This document shows, in pieces, positions 55,341 through 64,000 of a DNA stretch of 64,000 nt (position 1 is the stretch's first letter; every line of letters starts with the position of its first letter). Source of the DNA: Spirochaetia bacterium (GTDB lineage: Bacteria > Spirochaetota > Spirochaetia > SZUA-6 > Bin103); NCBI GenBank assembly GCA_965243555.1, contig OZ251575.1, positions 864,463 to 928,462 on the forward strand. The letters are read 5' to 3'. The notes under the pieces were generated by a model. It saw nothing but the letters and a program-made list of their open reading frames with translations. It did no database searches and had not been told where the DNA came from. Position numbers and translations under genes: made by a program.

Positions 55341-56222
55341 TCAGGCGTCGGCAAACACGCCGGCATAGCTCCAGCCCTCCGCGTTCCAACGCAGCACCGC
55401 CAGCAGGCGCTCATCTTCGTCGAACGCCGCGTAATAGTCGGCGCCCGGCGCCGGCGGCGCGGTGAACAGGGCGGCGCTGAGCGCCTGCCCGCGCAGCAGG
55501 CGATGGCGGAACCGCGCCTGCACCCGCAACGCGCTCACCCCCGGAAGGCGCTTCAGGAACGCGGCCGGCGGCAGCACGTGATGCGGGCGAAACTGCTCGG
55601 GAGAGACCGCCTCGCCGCTGCCGAACGGCCCGATTGCGGTGCGCTGCAGGCGCACCACGTAGGCGCAGGAGCCGGCCGCGGCGCCCAGGTCGCGCGCCCA
55701 GGAGCGCACGTAGGTGCCCGCGCTCACGCTCAGCGCCGCGGTCAGGTCGGGCGGCTGCCAATGCAACAGGTCCGCCGCGGTCACCGTCACCTCGCGTAGC
55801 GGCAGCTCCGGTTGCTCGCCGCGCCGCGCCAGCGCGTAGGCCCGCCGCCCCCCCACCTGCACCGCCGAGTAGGCCGGCGGGCGCTGGCGAATTTTCCCAA
55901 GCAGGGCGGGCAGCGCGGCTCGAATGCGTTCCAACTCCGGCACCGGCGCCTCGCGCACTACCCGCCCCTCCGGATCCAGCGTGTCGGTTTCGACGCCGAA
56001 CCGAATCACCGCCAGATAACGCTTCGGCAGGCCGCTCAGAAGCGGCGCCAGCCGGGTGGCGCGCCCGGCCAGCACCCCCAGCAGGCCGGTGGCGAAGGGG
56101 TCCAGGGTGCCGGCGTGGCCGGCCCGCCGCGTAGCGAGCGCTCGCTTTACCGGCGCCAGACACTGAAAACTGGAGATCCCCGCCGGCTTGTCCAACAACA
56201 CCAGGCCGCCGCTGGCTGACAT
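55341..56222 (-). CDS. truB: tRNA pseudouridine(55) synthase TruB.
   Basis: LLDKPAGISSF and GHAGTLDP (catalytic Asp). Confidence 0.85.
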   Translation of the reverse strand: MSASGGLVLLDKPAGISSFQCLAPVKRALATRRAGHAGTLDPFATGLLGVLAGRATRLAPLLSGLPKRYLAVIRFGVETDTLDPEGRVVREAPVPELERIRAALPALLGKIRQRPPAYSAVQVGGRRAYALARRGEQPELPLREVTVTAADLLHWQPPDLTAALSVSAGTYVRSWARDLGAAAGSCAYVVRLQRTAIGPFGSGEAVSPEQFRPHHVLPPAAFLKRLPGVSALRVQARFRHRLLRGQALSAALFTAPPAPGADYYAAFDEDERLLAVLRWNAEGWSYAGVFADA

Positions 56223-56237
56223 CGCGTTCCCGGAACG

Positions 56238-56585
56238 TCAGCGCCCGACGTCCTTGAGCTGCTGGGTAACGCGAAACCCATCCAGAATCGAGGTGTCGGC
56301 GATAAAGCGCAGCTTTGGCGTGTGGCGCATCCGCAACTGGCGCCCGATGCGGGCCTGCAGGAAACCGGCGGCGTGGTTGAGGGCGTCCACGGTGGCGGCA
56401 AGCACCTGTTGGTCGCCGTAGTACGAGACGTAGACCCGAGCCGAAGTCAGGTCCTTGGCCACGCGCACCCCGGCAACGGTCACCAGCGACTCGACCCTGG
56501 GGTCCTTCAGGGTGTTGCTGCTGATCAGGCGGCTTATCTCGGCGCCGAGAAAGCTCTCAACCCTTCTGAGCCGCAGCTCCGACAT
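56238..56585 (-). CDS. rbfA: Ribosome-binding factor A.
   Basis: 115-aa KH-like protein in the infB-rbfA-truB context. Confidence 0.85.
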   Translation of the reverse strand: MSELRLRRVESFLGAEISRLISSNTLKDPRVESLVTVAGVRVAKDLTSARVYVSYYGDQQVLAATVDALNHAAGFLQARIGRQLRMRHTPKLRFIADTSILDGFRVTQQLKDVGR

Positions 56586-59511
56586 GTTGTGGGCGCCGTT
56601 CCCGCGCCGGCTGGCCGGTGCCGTTGGTAAGCGGCTCGCCCAGCTTCTTGGCCACCGTGCGCTGTTCGATTACGTCGATGGTGTCGCTCACCTTGACGTC
56701 GTTGAAGCCTTCGATGCGAATGCCGCACTCGAAGCCCGACTCCACTTCGCGCACGTCGTCCTTGAAGCGCCGCAGGGTGACGATGCGCCCGCGATAGACC
56801 GGGCGCCCGTCGCGAATGACCTGCGCCAGCGCGCCGCGCCGCACCGTGCCCGACTGCACGTAGCTGCCGGCGATGGTGCCGACCCGGGAGATACGGAACA
56901 GCTCGCGCACCTCGACGCTGCCCACCGTGTCCTCCACCACGTCGGGCGTCAGCAGCCCCTCCATGGCGGAGCGCACGTCGTCTATCACCTCGTAGATGAT
57001 GTCGTACTTGCGGATTTCGACCTTTTCCTGGTCGGCCAGCGCCTGGGCGTTGGGCGTGGGCCGGATGTGAAAGCCGATGATGATGGCGTTCGACGCCGAC
57101 GCCAGCGCCACGTCGTCCTTGTTCACCGCGCCGGCCGCGGAGTGGATGACGCTGAGCTTGATTTCGGAGGTGCTGAGCCGCTCCAGGGCGCTCCGCAGCG
57201 CCTCCACCGAGCCGTAGACGTCGCCCTTGATGATCAGCTTGAGGTCCTTGGTCTCGCCTTCGCTGATCTGCTGGTAGAGGTTGTCCAGGGTGACCTTGGT
57301 GACGTTCTGCGCCTCTTCCGCCTTCTTCAACTCCTGGCGCTTGGCGCCGACCTGACGCGCGGTCTTTTCGTTCTCGGTGGCCTGAAACGGATCCCCCGCC
57401 TCCGGCAGCCCGGCGATGCCGACGATCTGGATCGGCTGCGCCGGGGTCGCCTCGGTCACCCGCTCGCCGCGGTCGGTAAACATGGCGCGCACCTTGCCGG
57501 AGTAGACGCCGCCCACGAAGGAGTCGCCGGTGCGCAAGGTGCCCTTCTGGATCATCACGGTGGCGACGATGCCGCGCCCGAGGTCCACCGCCGACTCCAC
57601 GACCCGGCCCACCGCGCGCGCCTGGTAGTTGGCCTTGAGCTCCAGCAACTCGGCCTGCAGCAGGATGCTGTCCAGCAGGTCGCCGATGCCGTCGCCGGTG
57701 AGCGCCGAAATCTCGTTGAACAGGGTGGAGCCGCCCCATGCGTCCGAGATCAGCTCGTGGCCCGACAGTTGCTGCCGCACGCGGTCGGGATTGGCGTCCG
57801 GCAGGTCCATCTTGTTGATCGCCACGATGATCGGGACGCCGGCCGCCTTGGCGTGGTTGATCGCCTCCACGGTCTGCGGCATCAGGCCGTCGTCCGCGGC
57901 CACCACCAGCACCACGATGTCGGTGAGCTGCGCCCCCCGGGCGCGCATCTCGGTAAACGCCGCGTGGCCGGGGGTGTCGAGAAAGGCGACGCGGCCGCGC
58001 GGCGTGTCCACCGAGTAGGCGCCGATGTGCTGGGTAATCCCGCCCGCCTCCCCGGCCACCACGTTGGCCTGGCGAATGGCGTCGAGCAACTGAGTCTTGC
58101 CGTGGTCGACGTGGCCCATGATGGTGACGATGGGAGGCCGCGGCCGCATCGCTTCCGGCGTGTCCGCGTCCTCCTCTATCACGGTTTCGTCGAACAGGGA
58201 GACCACGTTGACCTTGGAGCCATACTCCTCGGCCAGCAGGGTCGCGGTATCGGAGTCGATCTGCTGATTGATGGTCACCATGGTGCCCATCGACATCAGC
58301 TTGGCGATCAGGTCGGAGGCCTTGAGGTTCAACTTGCGGGCCAGCTCCGAAACCGTGATCACCTCCAGAATGTCGATTTCCTTCGGCACCGGGTTGGCCA
58401 CCGGCACCGGCTTCTTGCGGGCGCGGGAGAGCTTTTCCTCGTGCTCCTCCGGGCCGACGTGGTAACCGAGGCTGGTGCGGCGCTTCGGCCTGGTGCGGAA
58501 GATGCGCTTGCCGCCGGGGCGGCCGTCGGAAATCGGCGGCGCCGGCGCCCCGCCCCCGCTGCGCGGCAGGCCGAACCGGCTCGGGCCGGCGCCGCGCCCG
58601 GCGCCGGCCGGGGGCCGCCCGCGCGGCGGCGCGGCGCCGCGCGAAGCGGCGGCCGCCGGGCGTCCGCCCGCGCCGCGTTCCGCCGGCCCGCGCATACCGC
58701 CGCCGCCGCGCCCCGGCGGCAGGCGCCCGCGCCCCCCCGGCGCGCGCGCTGCCGGCCGCCGCCAGTTGCCGCGTTCGCGAATCTCGGGCAGCGGCTGATC
58801 GCTGTCGCGGGCGCGGGAAATTGGCCGCAACGGCGCTTCCGCGGCCCGAATGCGGTCGGCGGAAGAAGTGAGCCGGCGGCCGGCGCCGGGCCGGGCCGGG
58901 CCGCCGTCACGCGGCCGGCCGCCGGGCCGCGCCAGCCGCTGGCCGTCCCGGCGCGGGGGCGGGCCGGAGCCTCCCCGCCCCGCTCCCGGCCGCCGCGGCG
59001 GGCGCTCGGAGCGCGGCCGCTCGCGGTTCGCGGGCTCGGGGCGCGGGCGCGGCGGCGCCCCGCCGGTGCGGTCGCCGGCGGCAGGCCGTTGCGGGGCAGC
59101 CGCCGGCGGGGCCTGGGCGGCAGCGGCCGCGGGCTGCGCGGGCGGAGGCGGAGGCGGCGCCGCCTCCGGCTCGCGGCCACCGGCGGCGCCGGCAACGGCC
59201 GCGGGCCGAGACTCAGGCTCCGACGCCGCCGGTGCCGGAGGCGGGGTTGCGCCGGAGTCCTGCTTGGCGGGGTCTTGCCGGGCGGCCGCCGGGGGTGGCT
59301 TGAGCACCACCTTGCGGCGCTGCTTCTTGACGACGACGATGCGGCGCCGCGCCTTGTCGGCGCCGACTCCGTCGCCGCCGGCGGACTCCGCGGGCGCCGC
59401 GGGCGCGGCCTTGGGAGGCTCCGGCTTGCGCTTGATAAGCGTGGCCTTGGGCCGTTGCCGCTCGTCGGAGTCCTGCCGCTCGGGGTTGGAAACGGTTTTG
59501 TCGTCGCTCAT
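56557..59511 (-). CDS. infB: Translation initiation factor IF-2, with a long low-complexity Pro/Ala/Arg-rich N-terminal region.
   Basis: G-domain motifs [17 protein letters not shown], followed by the downstream beta-barrels. Confidence 0.95.
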   Translation of the reverse strand: MSDDKTVSNPERQDSDERQRPKATLIKRKPEPPKAAPAAPAESAGGDGVGADKARRRIVVVKKQRRKVVLKPPPAAARQDPAKQDSGATPPPAPAASEPESRPAAVAGAAGGREPEAAPPPPPPAQPAAAAAQAPPAAAPQRPAAGDRTGGAPPRPRPEPANRERPRSERPPRRPGAGRGGSGPPPRRDGQRLARPGGRPRDGGPARPGAGRRLTSSADRIRAAEAPLRPISRARDSDQPLPEIRERGNWRRPAARAPGGRGRLPPGRGGGGMRGPAERGAGGRPAAAASRGAAPPRGRPPAGAGRGAGPSRFGLPRSGGGAPAPPISDGRPGGKRIFRTRPKRRTSLGYHVGPEEHEEKLSRARKKPVPVANPVPKEIDILEVITVSELARKLNLKASDLIAKLMSMGTMVTINQQIDSDTATLLAEEYGSKVNVVSLFDETVIEEDADTPEAMRPRPPIVTIMGHVDHGKTQLLDAIRQANVVAGEAGGITQHIGAYSVDTPRGRVAFLDTPGHAAFTEMRARGAQLTDIVVLVVAADDGLMPQTVEAINHAKAAGVPIIVAINKMDLPDANPDRVRQQLSGHELISDAWGGSTLFNEISALTGDGIGDLLDSILLQAELLELKANYQARAVGRVVESAVDLGRGIVATVMIQKGTLRTGDSFVGGVYSGKVRAMFTDRGERVTEATPAQPIQIVGIAGLPEAGDPFQATENEKTARQVGAKRQELKKAEEAQNVTKVTLDNLYQQISEGETKDLKLIIKGDVYGSVEALRSALERLSTSEIKLSVIHSAAGAVNKDDVALASASNAIIIGFHIRPTPNAQALADQEKVEIRKYDIIYEVIDDVRSAMEGLLTPDVVEDTVGSVEVRELFRISRVGTIAGSYVQSGTVRRGALAQVIRDGRPVYRGRIVTLRRFKDDVREVESGFECGIRIEGFNDVKVSDTIDVIEQRTVAKKLGEPLTNGTGQPARERRPQHVGAAAQKG

Positions 59512-59561
59512 TCTCTAGCTCGCAGTATCCGGGCGGCGCCGGTGCCTGTCAATCGACCGGT

Positions 59562-61238
59562 TCACGCCGACTCCTCGTCCTCTTCCACTACTTCGACGTT
59601 TTCCTCAATGATCCGCAGCAGCGTCGTTACGTCCTCGGAGGAGAGCCCTTCCACCGCGCCAAGCTGCGCTTCGGTCATGGACACCACTTCCACCACGTCG
59701 TCCAACCCGGCCGCCTTCAGCGCCGCGGCGATCCCTGCCGGCAGCCCCGGCAGCTCACTCGCAAGCACCACCTCCGCCGGCTCCTCGCCGGCCTCACCTG
59801 CCGCGGGCGCTTCTTGCGGGGCCGCGGGCGCTTCCGGCTCTGCCGGCGCGACCGGCGGCGCGGCGGCGACCGGCGGCAGCGCGGCCGCTACCGGCGCTTC
59901 CTCAACCTCCGGCTCCGGCGCGGGGTCGGCGGGAGGCGGCTCCTCCTCCACGATCTCCACGTTTTCCTCGATCAGCTTCCGCAGGCCGCCGACATCCTGC
60001 TCCGACAGATCCGGCAGCGCCCGGAGCTGCTCCGCGCTCATCGCCACCAGGGTCTCCAGCAGCTCGACGCCGGCGGCCTTGAGCGCCGCCGTCACCCGCG
60101 GTGCGATGCCCGGCAGTTGCGCCACCTCGGTAATCTCTTCCTGCGCGCCGCCGAACAACGCCTCCGCGGCGCTGCGCGAGTCGGCCCGCTCCATCTCGTT
60201 CACCTGCGCGCGGGTGCGCACGTCGATGCTCCAGTCGGTGAGGCGGTTGGCCAGCCGCACGTTCAACCCCTGCTTGCCGATCGCCAGCGAAAACTGACTC
60301 TCCGGCACCACCGCCAGCGCCTGCCGCTTGGCTTCGTCCAGCACGATCACCTGCTCCACCTCGGCCGGCTTCAGCGCCTCGGTAATGAACGAGCGCACGT
60401 CCGGGTCATAGCGCAGCACGTCGATCTTCTCCCCTTCCAGCTCGCGCACCACGGTCTGAATGCGCACGCCGCGCATGCCGACGCAGGCGCCCACCGGATC
60501 CACGTCGTCGCGGGTCGAGTAGACCGACATCTTGGTGCGGTAGCCCGGTTCCCGCACCATCTTGTGAATCTCGATGGTGCGGTCGTAGATTTCCGGCACC
60601 TCCAGCTCGAAGATCTTCTTGACGAACTCGGTGTGGGTGCGGGTGAGGATGATCTGCAGGCCGAGATCGGACTTCTCCACCTCGTAGATCATGGCGCGCA
60701 CGCGGTCGTTGGGGCGGTAGATCTCGCGCGGTGACTGATAGCGGCGCGGCAGGATTCCCTCGGTGCGGCCCAGATCGACGAAGATGGTGGCGTTCCGCTC
60801 GCGCTGGTAGTAGCCGACGATCAGCTCGCCCTCGCGGTCCTTGAACTCGGAGTAGAGCGTGTCCTTCTGAATCTCGCGGAGCGACTGGCGCGCCTTCTGC
60901 TTGGCGGTCTGGATCGACACCCGGTCGAAGTCGCGCGGGTTGATCTCGATCAGCAGCTCGTCCCCCAGTTCGGCGTCGTCGTTGTAGGTCAACGCGTCGG
61001 TCAGGGTGATCTCCAGCGCCTGGTCTTCGACTTCCTGGTCCGGCACGATCTTCTTCTGCGCGAAGATGGAGACCGAGGTGGCGTCTTCCGCAAAGCGCAC
61101 CACGGCATTGTCCACGGTCCCGTACTTCCGCTTGTAGGCCGCCAGCAGCGTGTCCTCGATGGTGGACATCACCAGCTCCTCCGAGATGCCGCGTTCCTGG
61201 ATTATCTGGCGGATTGCAAGCGCCATTTCGCTCGACAT
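59562..61238 (-). CDS. nusA: Transcription termination/antitermination factor NusA, with a duplicated C-terminal acidic repeat domain.
   Basis: S1 and KH domains, plus two repeats of ~60 aa of the form LPG..A...AALKAAG...E.V.MS.EQL. Confidence 0.9.
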   Translation of the reverse strand: MSSEMALAIRQIIQERGISEELVMSTIEDTLLAAYKRKYGTVDNAVVRFAEDATSVSIFAQKKIVPDQEVEDQALEITLTDALTYNDDAELGDELLIEINPRDFDRVSIQTAKQKARQSLREIQKDTLYSEFKDREGELIVGYYQRERNATIFVDLGRTEGILPRRYQSPREIYRPNDRVRAMIYEVEKSDLGLQIILTRTHTEFVKKIFELEVPEIYDRTIEIHKMVREPGYRTKMSVYSTRDDVDPVGACVGMRGVRIQTVVRELEGEKIDVLRYDPDVRSFITEALKPAEVEQVIVLDEAKRQALAVVPESQFSLAIGKQGLNVRLANRLTDWSIDVRTRAQVNEMERADSRSAAEALFGGAQEEITEVAQLPGIAPRVTAALKAAGVELLETLVAMSAEQLRALPDLSEQDVGGLRKLIEENVEIVEEEPPPADPAPEPEVEEAPVAAALPPVAAAPPVAPAEPEAPAAPQEAPAAGEAGEEPAEVVLASELPGLPAGIAAALKAAGLDDVVEVVSMTEAQLGAVEGLSSEDVTTLLRIIEENVEVVEEDEESA

Positions 61239-61243
61239 TGTAA

Positions 61244-61720
61244 CTACGCTCCCCCTCCTTCGGCGCCGGTAAGCTGCGCGCGCCGAATACTCGCTATCGG
61301 CATGGTCGCGGCGGCGCCGGCAATACGCAACGTAACGCGGTCACCGGCCGCGCGTTCGATAACGGCGTGCTCCCACTCGGTCGAGTCGCCGCGCAGCACG
61401 CGCACCCCCTTGCCGGCAAAGATGGCGTACTCGTGCGGCTGCCGCAACGTACGCTCAATGCCGGGCGAACAAACCTCCAACGCGAGCCCGCTCAGGTCGG
61501 CGCCGCCGGGGTCCTCGATGAACGGCAGATTGAACTGAATCCCGCGCGTGAGGCGCTCCAGGGCGGCCGTGTCCATGCCGGACTCGCGGTACACGACGAC
61601 CCGCAGGCGCCGCGCGCGCCGGCTGCGCTGGAGCCCCAGCTCGACGCACTCAAAACCCTCGGCCCGGATCAGAGGTTCCAGCGCCTCCGCAAGATGCTGC
61701 TCGGTAACGTCCCGCGCCAA
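61244..61720 (-). CDS. rimP: Ribosome maturation factor RimP.
   Basis: 158-aa protein immediately upstream of nusA. Confidence 0.85.
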   Translation of the reverse strand: MARDVTEQHLAEALEPLIRAEGFECVELGLQRSRRARRLRVVVYRESGMDTAALERLTRGIQFNLPFIEDPGGADLSGLALEVCSPGIERTLRQPHEYAIFAGKGVRVLRGDSTEWEHAVIERAAGDRVTLRIAGAAATMPIASIRRAQLTGAEGGGA

Positions 61721-61804
61721 AGTTCTCCGCTAACGTAGCCATCGCGGCGCCCGGTTGTCAACCGTTGCGAGGCAACACGTCGCTGCGAGTCCGAACGAGC
61801 CGGG

Positions 61805-62522
61805 TCAATCCCGCACCAGGGTCAGCACGCGGACCTCAGGCGTGCCGGCGGCGGTGAGCAACGCGGCGCACTCGTGGGCGGTGGCGCCGGTGGTGAATAC
61901 GTCGTCGAGCAGCACCACCGGGCGCGGTTCCGGCTGCAGCAGGCGGATGCGGCCCTGCAGGTTGCCGGCGCGGGACGCGGAGTCCAACCCCTTCTGCTGG
62001 CGCCCGCCGCGCCGGCGCAGCAGGCGGCGCACCGGCAGCCGGTGAACGCGCTGCAGGCGGCGCGCGAGCAGGTCGACGGTGTCGTACCCGTAGTGGAGGA
62101 TACGTTGCGGGCGCGCCGGCACCGGCACCACCGCGGCTGCGCCGTAGCCGGCGGCGAGGCGCACCGCCAGCAGCTCGGCGAACAGGTCCGCGAGCCCGGT
62201 GCAGCCGGCGAACTTGAACTCCTGCAGCAGCTCCTGCGGCAGCCCGCGGTAGTCGAACAGTGCCTCGTGCGAGTGGAACGCCAGCTCCCGGTCGCGGCAC
62301 AGCAGGCAGGGAGTCTCCTGCTCCGGCAGCACCTCCGCTCCGCAACGGGGACAGTAGCCGGCCGCCGGGCGCAGCGCCGCGCGCACCGCCCGGCGGCAGC
62401 AGCGGCACAACGGGAGCTGCCCGCTGCCAACCGCCAGCCCGGCGCCGCAGCCGGCGCAGCGCGGCGGAAACAGCAGGTCCAGCGCCGCGGTGGCGGCGCG
62501 CCGCGCCGGGCCGGCGGTCACG
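61805..62522 (-). CDS. comF: ComF-family protein (phosphoribosyltransferase-like).
   Basis: A zinc-finger CxxC x2 N-terminus and a C-terminal PRTase motif VLLDDVFTTGAT. I trimmed the track ORF to the GTG at 62522, which overlaps the mutS stop. The Arg/Gly-rich upstream part is discarded. Confidence 0.6.
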
Positions 62523-64000
62523 GCCCGCTCCCCCGCAGCTCGCCCTGCCAGCGCGCCAGCAGCTCCAGCGCCTGCAGCGGCGTGGTGGCCTCCACGTCCA
62601 CCGCCGCCACCGCCCGGCCCACCAGCTCGTAGGCCGAAAACAGATCCTGCTGGCGGTAGCTTGCCGCCGCCGCGGGCTCCGGCGCCGCCGCGGGCGCGGC
62701 CGGCGGCGCGGCGCCCGCCCCCGCGCCCGGCTCCATCTGCTGCAGCAGCTCCCGGGCGCGCGCCACCACCGCCTGCGGCACCCCGGCCAGGGCGGCGACG
62801 TGCACGCCGTAGGAGCGGTCCGCGGCCCCGGCGGCGACGCGCTTCAAGAACACCACCTCCTGGTCTTCCTCGACCACCTGCATGGCGAAGTTGGCGGCGC
62901 CGGGATGGCGGAGCTGGGCCAGTTCCCGCAGGTGGGTGGCGAACAGGGTCTGCGCGCGCACCTCCTCGAGCAGGTACTCGCACGTCGCCCAGGCGATGGC
63001 GCGCCCATCCTCGGTGCTGGTGCCGCGGCCGATCTCGTCCAGAATCACCAGGCTGTGCGCGGTGGCGGCGCGCAGGATGCGCGCGGTCTCGTTCATCTCC
63101 ACCAGGAAGGTGGACTCGCCGCGCGCCAGGTTGTCGCTGGCGCCGACCCGGCAGAAGATCCCGTCCACCACGCCGACGCGGGCGGAGGCGGCGGGCACGA
63201 ACGATCCGAGCTGCGCCATCAGCACGATCAGCGCGGTCTGCCGCAGGTAGGTGGACTTGCCCGCCATGTTGGGGCCGGTGAGCACCACGAAGCGGGTGCC
63301 GTCCGGCTCCAGCGCCAGATCGTTGGGCACGAACGCGCCCGCCGGCAACGTCGCCTCCACCACCGGGTGGCGCCCCTCCCGGATCACGATGCCGGCGCCC
63401 GGCGGCCCGAGCTGCGGGCGGGTATAGCCGCCGGCGGTGGCCGCCAGCGCCAGGCTCTGCGCCAGGTCGACGCCGGCCAGCGCGCGCCCCAGGGCCAGCA
63501 CCGCCGGCACCTGACCGGCCACCTGCGCGCGCACCGCCAGGAACGCGGCGCGCTCCAGCTCGCGCAGGCGCTCGCCGGCGACCGCGATGTCGTGGTCAAG
63601 TTGGCGCAGCCGGTCGGTGGTGAAGCGCTCGGCGCCGACCAGCGACTGGCGCCGCACGAAGTGGCCGGGCACGCGCCCCGCCTGCGCGCTGCGCACCTCC
63701 AGATACCACCCCAGCACGCGGTTGTAGCGCAGCTTGAGGCCGGGGATACCCGCGGCCGCCCGCTCCTCCTCCAGGTAGGAGTGCAGCAGCGTTTCCGCGT
63801 CCTGCGCGGCGCTTCGCAGTCGGTCCAATTCCTCGTCATGACCCGGTCGCATGATGCCCCCCTCGGTAATGGACAACGGGGGTTCGTCCACCAACGCTTC
63901 TTCGATCAGCGCCGCCACCGGTTCGGCGGCGGCCGCCACGTCCGGGAGCGGGCCGGCGAGACCGCCGTCCGCGCGCTCCGCGGCGTCCGGGTGAGCGCTC
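62518..64000 (-). CDS. mutS: DNA mismatch repair protein MutS, C-terminal ~490 aa. The N-terminus lies beyond the window end.
   Basis: Walker A GPNMAGKST, TFLVEMNET, and DEIGRGTSTEDG. The ORF is open to position 64000. Confidence 0.9.
   Translation of the reverse strand, partial: SAHPDAAERADGGLAGPLPDVAAAAEPVAALIEEALVDEPPLSITEGGIMRPGHDEELDRLRSAAQDAETLLHSYLEEERAAAGIPGLKLRYNRVLGWYLEVRSAQAGRVPGHFVRRQSLVGAERFTTDRLRQLDHDIAVAGERLRELERAAFLAVRAQVAGQVPAVLALGRALAGVDLAQSLALAATAGGYTRPQLGPPGAGIVIREGRHPVVEATLPAGAFVPNDLALEPDGTRFVVLTGPNMAGKSTYLRQTALIVLMAQLGSFVPAASARVGVVDGIFCRVGASDNLARGESTFLVEMNETARILRAATAHSLVILDEIGRGTSTEDGRAIAWATCEYLLEEVRAQTLFATHLRELAQLRHPGAANFAMQVVEEDQEVVFLKRVAAGAADRSYGVHVAALAGVPQAVVARARELLQQMEPGAGAGAAPPAAPAAAPEPAAAASYRQQDLFSAYELVGRAVAAVDVEATTPLQALELLARWQGELRGSGP

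Overview
This is a 64-kb window of about 70% GC from a diderm bacterium. Almost all real genes are on the minus strand. Most plus-strand ORFs in the supplied track are Arg/Pro/Ala-rich antisense shadows of those genes.

Layout:
1. Positions <1 to ~15.3 kb: a phage-like structural module. On the minus strand it runs: FmdB-type zinc-ribbon protein, portal, a 98-aa ORF, scaffold with a Gly-Ala repeat, capsid, several tail and virion proteins including a 1221-aa beta-propeller tail protein, and a partial gene running off the window start that the ORF track does not list. The large terminase subunit sits on the opposite strand behind a short divergent promoter region. The genes show coupled stop/start overlaps (GTGA, TAATG, TAGTG).
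2. 15.3–17.6 kb: a Cre-like tyrosine recombinase. It is flanked by a perfect 17-bp direct repeat (CTTACTGTGAAGACACC at 15444 and 16896), has a 9/10-bp palindrome over its own start codon, and lies next to poly-C tracts. A strong hairpin follows at ~17.5 kb.
3. 17.66–19.1 kb: an AbiEi/AbiEii antitoxin/toxin pair with a GTGA overlap between the two genes.
4. 19.2–32.9 kb: an unusual tandem array of modular paralogs, all on the minus strand.
   - Family A: three genes encoding an AAA-ATPase-like N-terminus plus a PD-(D/E)XK nuclease domain. Their 3' ends are near-identical.
   - Family B: three large proteins with divergent bodies and a conserved ~110-aa C-terminus. B1 has a beta-propeller body related to the tail protein of the adjacent phage-like module.
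   - Family L: two lipoproteins with FN3-like and Calx-beta-like domains. Their first ~230 codons are near-identical; the C-terminal Calx-beta regions diverge and are lower in GC.
   - Each B gene is preceded by a conserved leader module in one of two isoforms. In one, the leader is fused in-frame to the body. In the other, a ~75-nt insertion turns the leader into a 37-codon upstream ORF whose stop overlaps the main start (AAATGGTAG).
   - Truncated or out-of-frame copies of the leader and of B-type 5' segments sit between B1 and B2.
   I consider this a candidate cassette-shuffling or hypervariable locus of unknown function, and the most interesting part of the window.
5. 32.9–64 kb: a conserved core region, all on the minus strand except a hypothetical gene and a giant GreA-domain protein (920 aa, with N-terminal MP(E/D)TKPDT repeats). 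Order from the island: yeaQ-like, lipoprotein, TPR protein, rpsA, cmk, rluB, scpB, scpA, recA, rpe, [hypothetical and GreA-domain protein on plus], murJ, tgt, lptG, lptF, M16 peptidase, pnp (with an unusual RD/RG-rich C-terminal tail), rpsO, ribF, truB, rbfA, infB, nusA, rimP, comF, mutS (partial at the window end).

No rRNA, tRNA, CRISPR array or transposase was recognised.
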